This document shows, piece by piece, positions 56,571 to 64,000 of a stretch of 64,000 nucleotides of DNA. This stretch comes from Nitrosomonadales bacterium (GTDB lineage: Bacteria; Pseudomonadota; Gammaproteobacteria; Burkholderiales; Gallionellaceae). The stretch is taken from assembly GCA_016177795.1 (NCBI GenBank), contig JACOUM010000003.1, positions 247,857 to 311,856 on the forward strand, read 5' to 3'. The notes under the pieces are model-generated. The model searched no databases, was not told the origin of the DNA, and was given only the letters and a program-made list of their open reading frames with translations. The translations under genes and the position numbers were made by a program. Within the stretch, counting starts at the first letter, position 1, and each line of letters starts with the position of its first letter.

Positions 56571-57989
56571 GTGATTAACAAAATACTTGTCGCCAACCGC
56601 GGTGAAATTGCCGTCCGCATCGTACGCGCCTGCTCGGAAATGGGCATCAAGTCGGTCGCCGTCTATACGGATGCCGATCGTCATGCGCTGCACGTAAAAA
56701 AGGCGGATGAAGCCTATCACATCGGCTCAGAACCGGTCACCGGCTACCTTAACGCGCATAACATCGTCAATCTGGCCGTTACTGCTGGGTGTGATGCGCT
56801 GCATCCGGGCTATGGCTTTCTTGCGGAGAATCCTGAACTGGCGGAAATTTGCGCCCGCCGCGATATCAAATTCATCGGTCCGGGTGCGGATGTCATCCGC
56901 CAGATGGGCGACAAAGTCCAGGCGCGTAACGCGATGATCGCCGCCGGCGTTCCCTGCGTACCCGGCAGCGACGGCAACCTCGAAGATGTCGAAGAAGCGC
57001 GCATAGTGGCCAACAAAATCGGCTACCCGGTGATGCTCAAGGCCACCAATGGCGGCGGCGGACGCGGCATTCGCCGTTGTGACAGCGACAAAGACCTCGT
57101 CAGCAACTTCGAACGGGTGATTTCGGAAGCCAGCAAGGCCTTTGGCCAGCCGGAAGTCTTTCTGGAGAAATGCGTGGTCAACCCGCGGCATATTGAAGTG
57201 CAGGTGCTGGGCGATAGCCACGGCAACATGATTCATCTGTTTGAACGCGACTGCTCCATCCAGCGCCGCAACCAGAAGCTGATCGAGATTGCACCCTCGC
57301 CGCAGATCACCCAGGCGCAGCGCGAATACATCGGCAATCTGGGCATTCGGGCTTGCCGTGCCGTTGGCTATGAAAATGCGGGTACCGTCGAATTCCTGCT
57401 CGACCAGGACGATAATTTCTATTTCATGGAAATGAACACCCGCATACAGGTTGAACACACCGTAACGGAAACCATTACCGGCATCGACATCGTGCAGGAG
57501 CAGATTCGCATCGCCGACGGCCTTGAGCTGCAATACAAACAGGAAGACGTCAGGTTCCGCGGCTACGCCATGGAGTTCCGCATCAATGCGGAAGACCCCA
57601 AGAACGGATTTCTGCCGAGCTTTGGCAAGATCACCCGTTACTACGCGCCAGGCGGCCCCGGCGTGCGTATCGATGCAGCCATGTACAGCGACTATGAAAT
57701 TCCGCCTTATTTTGACTCCATGTGCGCCAAGCTCACCGTTTGGGCACTCACCTGGGAGGGTGTTATCGAACGCGGCCGTCGGGCGCTTAGCGACATGGTG
57801 ATTTATGGCGTCAAGACAACCATGCCGTATTATCAGGAAATCCTGAAGCACCCGGACTTCAGGAATGCGGATTTCAACACCGGATTTGTAGAGTCTCATC
57901 CCGAACTGATCGGCTACACCACCAAAATTCCGCCGGAACTGAAGGCAGCAGTTATATCGGCCGCAATAGCGGCGCACGAAGGCATCTAA
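56571..57989 (+). CDS. pycA: Biotin carboxylase subunit of a two-subunit (pyruvate) carboxylase
   Basis: ANRGEIA, HPGYGFLAEN, RDCSIQRR and EMNTRIQVEH motifs; GTG start. Confidence 0.88.
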   Translation: MINKILVANRGEIAVRIVRACSEMGIKSVAVYTDADRHALHVKKADEAYHIGSEPVTGYLNAHNIVNLAVTAGCDALHPGYGFLAENPELAEICARRDIKFIGPGADVIRQMGDKVQARNAMIAAGVPCVPGSDGNLEDVEEARIVANKIGYPVMLKATNGGGGRGIRRCDSDKDLVSNFERVISEASKAFGQPEVFLEKCVVNPRHIEVQVLGDSHGNMIHLFERDCSIQRRNQKLIEIAPSPQITQAQREYIGNLGIRACRAVGYENAGTVEFLLDQDDNFYFMEMNTRIQVEHTVTETITGIDIVQEQIRIADGLELQYKQEDVRFRGYAMEFRINAEDPKNGFLPSFGKITRYYAPGGPGVRIDAAMYSDYEIPPYFDSMCAKLTVWALTWEGVIERGRRALSDMVIYGVKTTMPYYQEILKHPDFRNADFNTGFVESHPELIGYTTKIPPELKAAVISAAIAAHEGI

Positions 57990-58015
57990 CATGAAGCTCG
58001 CGCAGCGATTCGTTT

Positions 58016-58106
58016 GCCCCCTCTACCGCTTGCGGGAGAGGGTTGGGGTGAGGGAGACGGGCATGGCAAATTCCATCAACATGGGCGGCATTTTTGCCAT
58101 GCCCGT
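58016..58106. repeat. CCCTCT...GGGAGAGGG palindromic repeat followed by a 14-bp inverted repeat
   Basis: Same family as the insert at 24113-24148 in opposite orientation; ACGGGCATGGCAAA...TTTGCCATGCCCGT. Confidence 0.65.
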
Positions 58107-58139
58107 TTAATTCAACCTTATTAGAATCAAGTTAACCAC

Positions 58140-59975
58140 ATGGCAAAAACCCTTATTTCCGAACTGGTCCTGCGCGACGGCCATCAATCCATGATCGCGA
58201 CCCGCATGCGCACCGACGACATGCTGCCTATCTGCCCCAAGCTGGACAGCATCGGTTTCTGGTCGGTGGAAGCCTGGGGAGGCGCGACCTTCGATGCCTG
58301 CGTGCGCTTCCTCAAGGAAGACCCGTGGGAACGCCTGAGAAAACTGCGCAAGGCGCTGCCGAACAGCCGCATCCAGATGCTGCTGCGCGGCCAGAATCTG
58401 CTCGGCTACCGCCACTACTCCGATGATGTGGTGCGTGCCTTTGTCGCCAAATCCGCCGACAACGGCATCGACATATTCCGCGTTTTCGATGCGATGAACG
58501 ACCTGCGCAATTTGCGCGTCTCGGTCGAAGCGGTAAAAAAATCCGGCAAACATGCCGAGGGCTGCATCAGCTATACCACCAGTCCGGTGCACGGCATTCC
58601 CCAGTTCGTCGAACTGGCCAAAGAACTGGAGGCCATGGGCTGCGATACCATCTGCATCAAGGACATGGCCGGCCTGCTTACCCCTTACGCCACCACCGAG
58701 CTGGTGAAGGCGGTGCGCGCAGCCGTCAGCCTGCCGATCCACCTGCACAGCCATTCCACTTCCGGCCTGTCTGCGATGTGTTTCCTCAAGGGGGTGGAAG
58801 CGGGCGCCACCATACTGGATACCTGCAACTCTTCCTTCGGCGAAGGTGCCAGCCATTCCTCGACCGAGAGCATCGTTGCCGCGCTGAAAGGCACGGAATA
58901 CGATACCGGCCTCGACCTGGCGGCAATACAGGAATTGACCGCCTATTTCTACGAAGTGCGCCAGAAATACTGGCAGTTCGAGAGTGGATACACCGGCGTG
59001 GACACGCGCGTGCTGGTAAACCAGGTGCCGGGCGGCATGATTTCCAATCTATCCAACCAGCTCAAGGAACTGGGCGCGCTCAGCCGCATGAACGAAGTGC
59101 TCACCGAGATACCACGGGTGCGCGAGGACCTGGGCTATCCGCCGCTGGTTACGCCAACTTCGCAGATTGTCGGCACTCAGGCGGTCATGAACGTCCTGAC
59201 CGGCGCACGCTACAAATCGATCACCAATGAAGTCAAGAATTATCTCCAGGGCTTCTACGGCAAGGCGCCGGGCAAGGTCAACGAGCAAGTCAAAAACCTG
59301 GCAGTTGGCGACGCGGAAGTCGTAGCCTGCCGCCCGGCGGATCTGCTGGAAGATGAGATGAACAAGCTCAGAATCGAGTGCGAAGACCTGGCCAAGAGCG
59401 AAGAGGATGTTCTCACTTACGCGATGTTCCCGGAACTGGCAAAAACTTTCCTGCAGGAGCGCAATGCCAATACGCTCATACCTGAACCGTTGCTACCCAG
59501 GGAAGCCGCCACCACCTCGTCGGAACGCTACGCGCCCAACGAATTCAAGGTAACGCTGCATGGCGAAACCTTCCATATCAAGCTCACCGGCAGCGGGCAT
59601 CACGGAGAAGCGCATCGGCCGTTCTACGTTTCCGTCGATGGCATTTCGGAAGAAGTCATCGTCGAAACCCTGAATGAAATCGAGGTGTCCGGCGAAAAGG
59701 GCAGCGGCAAGAAAAAAGCTGCTCCCTCGGCGCCAGGCGCAGGGCGCCCGCGTCCGTCTCATGAGGGCTGCGTCGTAACCGCCATGCCCGGCACCATTGT
59801 CGATGTCAAGGTCAAGACCGGGGACAAGGTCAAGGCAGGAGACGGCGTGCTGGTCATCGAAGCCATGAAGATGGAAAACGAAATCCAGGCACCGATCAGC
59901 GGTGTTGTAGTCGGGATACATGTCAAGAAGGGCGACAGTGTGGCGCCGGACGAAACACTGGTAGAAATCCAGTAA
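58140..59975 (+). CDS. pycB: Carboxyltransferase/biotin-carrier subunit (PycB/OadA family)
   Basis: LRDGHQS, WGGATFD, IKDMAG, HLHSH and EAMKMENE (biotin site); no oadB/oadG membrane subunits nearby. Confidence 0.85.
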   Translation: MAKTLISELVLRDGHQSMIATRMRTDDMLPICPKLDSIGFWSVEAWGGATFDACVRFLKEDPWERLRKLRKALPNSRIQMLLRGQNLLGYRHYSDDVVRAFVAKSADNGIDIFRVFDAMNDLRNLRVSVEAVKKSGKHAEGCISYTTSPVHGIPQFVELAKELEAMGCDTICIKDMAGLLTPYATTELVKAVRAAVSLPIHLHSHSTSGLSAMCFLKGVEAGATILDTCNSSFGEGASHSSTESIVAALKGTEYDTGLDLAAIQELTAYFYEVRQKYWQFESGYTGVDTRVLVNQVPGGMISNLSNQLKELGALSRMNEVLTEIPRVREDLGYPPLVTPTSQIVGTQAVMNVLTGARYKSITNEVKNYLQGFYGKAPGKVNEQVKNLAVGDAEVVACRPADLLEDEMNKLRIECEDLAKSEEDVLTYAMFPELAKTFLQERNANTLIPEPLLPREAATTSSERYAPNEFKVTLHGETFHIKLTGSGHHGEAHRPFYVSVDGISEEVIVETLNEIEVSGEKGSGKKKAAPSAPGAGRPRPSHEGCVVTAMPGTIVDVKVKTGDKVKAGDGVLVIEAMKMENEIQAPISGVVVGIHVKKGDSVAPDETLVEIQ

Positions 59976-60022
59976 AAATCCAGATTTCATCCCAACTCTG
60001 AATTTTTAGAGGTGTTCTTAAC

Positions 60023-61027
60023 ATGAGTAACCTCATCCATCCATCCGACGTACTCTATGCGGGCAGCCGTCCATTCCCGCAGCTTGCCGCCTGTGAACAT
60101 TTTGCCGGCAGCGAGAAGCTGCTGAACAAGGCGCTCGCGATCCAGGCCGAGCTGGCGATCAACGGGAACCCCATCTTCGACATCACCGCCGACTGCGAGG
60201 ACGGCGCCCCGGCAGGCAGGGAGCATGAACATGCAGGCATGATCGCCGAGCTGATCATGTCCGGCGCAAACCGCTTCGACCGCGTCGGCGCGCGCATCCA
60301 TGATGTCGGGCATCCAGCCTGGCGCGATGAACTGGAGACCATCCTCAGCCGGGCCGGCCAGCGCGCCGCCTACATCGTGCTGCCCAAGCCGGAAACCGCC
60401 GATGATGCCCTGACGCAGATTACCGCGCTCGACCAACTGAGAGACCGTTACGGCATTACCCGTGAAATCCCCGTGCATGTGCTGATCGAAACACCCGGCG
60501 CGCTGCACGAAGCCTGGGAGATCGCGCGCCTGCCGCATGTCGAGGTGCTCGACTTCGGCCTGATGGATTTCGTCTCCGCGCACCACGGCGCGATTCCCGC
60601 CACGGCGATGCGTTCACCCGGCCAGTTCAGCCATGCGCTGGTCGTGCGCGCCAAGTGCGAAATAGCGGCTGCCGCACTGGGCAACGGCGTCGTACCCAGC
60701 CACAACGTCACCACCGAAATACGCGACGTGAACGTGGTGCGCGAAGACGCGCGCCGCGCCCGCCAGGAACTCGGTTTCCTGCGCATGTGGAGCATCCATC
60801 CGGCGCAGATATTGCCCATCGTCGAGGCGATGCGCCCGGACTTCGCCGAGGTTAATGAAGCCGCCGCCATACTGACTGCCGCGCAGGATGCTGCCTGGGG
60901 ACCGATCCAGCAGGAAGGCAAGTTGCACGACCGCGCTTCCTACCGCTATTACTGGGAGCTGCTGCAACGCGCACAGGCGACCGGCATGGACATTCCGGCC
61001 GATGCCCGCCAGCGTTTCTTTTCATAA
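60023..61027 (+). CDS. HpcH/HpaI aldolase / citrate lyase beta (CitE-like) family protein
   Basis: DCEDGA, VLPK, LIET, FGLMDF and WSIHPAQI motifs. Confidence 0.85.
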   Translation: MSNLIHPSDVLYAGSRPFPQLAACEHFAGSEKLLNKALAIQAELAINGNPIFDITADCEDGAPAGREHEHAGMIAELIMSGANRFDRVGARIHDVGHPAWRDELETILSRAGQRAAYIVLPKPETADDALTQITALDQLRDRYGITREIPVHVLIETPGALHEAWEIARLPHVEVLDFGLMDFVSAHHGAIPATAMRSPGQFSHALVVRAKCEIAAAALGNGVVPSHNVTTEIRDVNVVREDARRARQELGFLRMWSIHPAQILPIVEAMRPDFAEVNEAAAILTAAQDAAWGPIQQEGKLHDRASYRYYWELLQRAQATGMDIPADARQRFFS

Positions 61028-61058
61028 CCCGCATGACAGACTGATCGAACGGCCGCAA

Positions 61059-61445
61059 ATGAAATTGACCGAGATTGACGCGCTACGCGCTTACGCGCGC
61101 ATGATGAACACGCTGGATGTGTCGCATATCGAACCGCTGCTGGACGAAGAATTCCGCTTCTCATCGCAGTGGATGTGCGGGGAAATTCCCTCGAAACAGG
61201 AATTTCTCGACTACATGGAATCCACACTGGAACCGATCAGGCAATCGGGAAACCGGGTCTATGCCGAAATCGCCCACGCCAACGCATGGGGCCATGACGA
61301 TTGCGTCGTCACGGCGGAAGGCGACAGGGAAAACCTGGTGGCCACGGTATTTGCCCATGTAAGGAACGGGAAAATCCGGCGCATCGACATGTGCGGCGAC
61401 CCTCCTCCATCCGCGACCATGAGAACCGGAGAGTATCCGTCGTAA
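61059..61445 (+). CDS. Small hypothetical protein, possible NTF2/SnoaL-like fold
   Basis: 128 aa from MKLTEID; helix-helix then beta-rich pattern ending NGKIRRID. Confidence 0.55.
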   Translation: MKLTEIDALRAYARMMNTLDVSHIEPLLDEEFRFSSQWMCGEIPSKQEFLDYMESTLEPIRQSGNRVYAEIAHANAWGHDDCVVTAEGDRENLVATVFAHVRNGKIRRIDMCGDPPPSATMRTGEYPS

Positions 61446-61657
61446 CAGCTACGCAGCACCGCAAAAAAAACAGCAAAAAGAAGGTTGATAGCCGAAAGAT
61501 TTTTGAAGTACCATGCGCGTTCCGTGCATCCGGGACGAACGACTTTCCGGCAATGCAGCAAATCACACTGATGTTGCAACGATAATAAATACAAGCCGAA
61601 GCGGCGCACTAGCCGAAACGGCGAACAGAATAACTTTAAAACGGGACAGGAAATTCC

Positions 61658-63238
61658 ATGACTCTGATGATAGGAATTCCGCGGGAAACCGCTGCGGAAG
61701 AAAAACGTGTTGCGACTGTACCTGAAGTCGTCGAGAAGCTCATCAAACTTGGCTTCAAGGTCGCCGTAGAATCCGGCGCCGGAGATACCGCAAATTGCAG
61801 CGACGACGCCTACCGCGCCGCAGGCGCCGAGATTATCGACGGCGCCGCCAAACTGTGGTCCTCGTCCGACATCGTTTTCAAGGTGTGCGTGCCGACGACT
61901 GAGGAAGTCGGCCTGATGCGCGAAGGCGGCACCCTGATCGGCTTCATCTGGCCGGCGCAAAACCCCGAACTGATGCAGCAGCTCGCGGCGAAGAAGGCCA
62001 CCGTGCTGGCCATCGACTCGCTGCCGCGCCAGCTTTCCCGCGCGCAGAAGATGGACGCATTGACCTCCCAGGCCGGCGTCGCCGGCTACCGTGCCGTGAT
62101 CGAGGCCGCCAATGCCTTCGGCCGCTTCTTCAACGGCCAGATCACCGCTGCGGGCAAGGTTCCGCCGGCCAAGGTCTTCATCGCCGGCGCCGGCGTGGCG
62201 GGCCTCGCCGCGATCGGCACCGCGGCCAGCCTGGGCGCGATCGTGCGCGCCAACGACACCCGCGCCGAAGTAGCCGACCAGGTCGTGTCGCTGGGCGGCG
62301 AATTCGTCAAGGTTGATTACGAGGAAGAAGGTTCCGGCGGCGGCGGCTACGCCAAGGTGATGAGCGAGGGCTTCCAGCAGGCCCAGCGCGAAATGTACGC
62401 CAAGCAGGCGCGGGAGGTGGACATCATCATCACCACCGCGCTGATCCCCGGCAAGCCCGCGCCGAGGCTGATCACCGCCGAAATGGTGCAGTCGATGAAG
62501 CCGGGCAGCGTCATCGTCGACATGGCGGCCGAGCGGGGCGGCAACTGCGAGCTGACCGAGCCCGGCCAGGCGGTGGTGAAGCACGGCGTGACCATCGTCG
62601 GCTACACCGACCTGCCCAGCCGCCTGGCCAAGCAGTCCTCGACGCTGTATGCGACCAACCTGTTCCGCCTGGCCGAGGAACTGTGCAAGACCAAGGACGG
62701 CATCATCAACGTCAACATGGAAGACGACGCCATCCGCGGCCTGACGGTCATCAAGGAAGGCAATATCACCTGGCCGGCGCCCGCACCGAAACTTCCCGCA
62801 GCGCCAGCCAAACCGGCTGCCGCAAAAGCGGCCGCGCCCGCCGCCAAGGGTCACGGCCATGGCGGAGCCGGCGCACCGATGGCCGGCGGCAAGCTGGCGA
62901 TCATGTTCGGCGTCGCCGCTGTCCTGTTCTGGCTCATCGGCGCCTATGCGCCGCCGGCATTCCTCGGCCACTTCACCGTGTTCGTGCTGGCCTGCTTCGT
63001 CGGCTATATGGTGGTGTGGAATGTCACGCCCGCGCTGCATACGCCGCTGATGAGCGTCACCAACGCGATCAGCAGCATCATCGCCATCGGCGCATTGGTG
63101 CAAATTGCACCGCCTGATGTGGCAGACGGCAGGGGGCTGATCCTCGCGCTCGCGGTTCTCGCGCTGGCGCTCACCGCAGTCAATATGTTCGGCGGCTTCG
63201 CCGTTACCCAGCGCATGCTGGCGATGTTCCGCAAATAA
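61658..63238 (+). CDS. pntA: NAD(P) transhydrogenase alpha subunit
   Basis: [21 protein letters not shown] and [13 protein letters not shown] motifs. Confidence 0.96.
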   Translation: MTLMIGIPRETAAEEKRVATVPEVVEKLIKLGFKVAVESGAGDTANCSDDAYRAAGAEIIDGAAKLWSSSDIVFKVCVPTTEEVGLMREGGTLIGFIWPAQNPELMQQLAAKKATVLAIDSLPRQLSRAQKMDALTSQAGVAGYRAVIEAANAFGRFFNGQITAAGKVPPAKVFIAGAGVAGLAAIGTAASLGAIVRANDTRAEVADQVVSLGGEFVKVDYEEEGSGGGGYAKVMSEGFQQAQREMYAKQAREVDIIITTALIPGKPAPRLITAEMVQSMKPGSVIVDMAAERGGNCELTEPGQAVVKHGVTIVGYTDLPSRLAKQSSTLYATNLFRLAEELCKTKDGIINVNMEDDAIRGLTVIKEGNITWPAPAPKLPAAPAKPAAAKAAAPAAKGHGHGGAGAPMAGGKLAIMFGVAAVLFWLIGAYAPPAFLGHFTVFVLACFVGYMVVWNVTPALHTPLMSVTNAISSIIAIGALVQIAPPDVADGRGLILALAVLALALTAVNMFGGFAVTQRMLAMFRK

Positions 63239-63249
63239 GGTAAATAATC

Positions 63250-64000
63250 ATGTCTGAAAGCTTGGTAACCGTTTCCTACATCGGCGCGACGATTCTCTTC
63301 ATCCTGAGCCTCGGCGGCCTGTCCCATCCGGAGACTTCGCGGCGCGGCAATCTCTACGGCATCATCGGCATGACGCTCGCCGTGCTGGCAACCATTCTCG
63401 GGCCGCGCGTCACGATGGCCGGCGTTCCATGGATCATCGGCGCCATGCTGGTTGGCGGCAGCGTCGGCATCTACGCCGCCCGTGTGGTGAAGATGACGCA
63501 AATGCCCGAACTGGTCGCGCTGATGCACAGCCTGGTCGGTCTGGCCGCCAGCCTGGTCGGCTTCGCCAGTTTCATCGACCCGTCCATGCAACTCGTTGGC
63601 GCAGAAAAGGCCATCCACGAGATCGAAATCTACATCGGCATCCTGATCGGCGCGGTGACCTTCTCCGGCTCGATCATCGCCTTCGGCAAACTCTCCGGCA
63701 AGATCGGCGGTAAACCTCTGCTGCTGCCGGCGCGCCACTGGTTGAACCTTACCGGCCTGCTGATCGTGATCTACTTCGGCAATGTTTTCCTCCACGCCGA
63801 ATCGGTAGCCGACGGCATGCTGCCGCTGATCGTGATGACCGTGATCGCGCTGCTGTTCGGCATCCACATGGTGATGGCAATCGGCGGCGCCGACATGCCG
63901 GTGGTGGTGTCGATGCTGAACAGCTACTCCGGCTGGGCGGCGGCGGCAACCGGCTTCATGCTGAACAATGACCTGCTAATCGTCACCGGCGCGCTGGTTG
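63250..64000 (+). CDS. pntB: NAD(P) transhydrogenase beta subunit (runs off window)
   Basis: Manual translation MSESLVTVSYIGATILFILSLGGLSHPETSRRGN...MPELVALMHSLVG...IGGADMPVVVSMLNSYSGWA. Confidence 0.95.
   Translation, partial: MSESLVTVSYIGATILFILSLGGLSHPETSRRGNLYGIIGMTLAVLATILGPRVTMAGVPWIIGAMLVGGSVGIYAARVVKMTQMPELVALMHSLVGLAASLVGFASFIDPSMQLVGAEKAIHEIEIYIGILIGAVTFSGSIIAFGKLSGKIGGKPLLLPARHWLNLTGLLIVIYFGNVFLHAESVADGMLPLIVMTVIALLFGIHMVMAIGGADMPVVVSMLNSYSGWAAAATGFMLNNDLLIVTGALV

Noticed and set aside
58140-59975. Na+-pumping oxaloacetate decarboxylase alpha subunit
   Set aside because: No oadB/oadG; it is paired with a biotin carboxylase, so a carboxylase is more likely

Overview
Bacterial chromosome segment. 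The housekeeping genes look betaproteobacterial (probably Nitrosomonadales, Gallionellaceae-like; this is inferred from protein character, not from a search). It has three parts. (1) 1-18.3 kb is core genome: kdsA, pyrG, yihY, a pentapeptide-repeat protein, leuA with a Leu-rich leader peptide, pssA/psd, ilvBNC, ilvE, waaF, PMM/PGM, a response regulator and alaS. (2) 18.4-24.0 kb is a toxin-antitoxin/defence patch: RhuM-Fic, ParDE, a DUF3883 nuclease, a PD-(D/E)XK nuclease, a C-terminally truncated DNA methyltransferase and an MNT-HEPN pair. (3) 24.2-64 kb is a ~40 kb carbon-fixation cluster. Its core is a ~24 kb minus-strand run: tfrB-tfrA-ferritin-like-hdrC-hdrB-korDABC-hdrA-flxDCBA-aclBA-acn-icd-sucCD. 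This is a reverse TCA cycle with type II ATP-citrate lyase, interleaved with an Hdr-Flx electron-bifurcation module and a soluble fumarate reductase. Beyond it lie ppdK, PFOR, a phosphoribulokinase homologue, a two-subunit biotin carboxylase, a CitE-like lyase and pntAB. The most notable details are the rTCA/bifurcation cluster in an apparent betaproteobacterium, a PRK lacking its catalytic Asp and P-loop Ser/Thr, a histone-H1-like tail on KorB, and a ferritin-like protein lacking its His iron ligands. mdh, fumarase and RuBisCO genes are not in this window.
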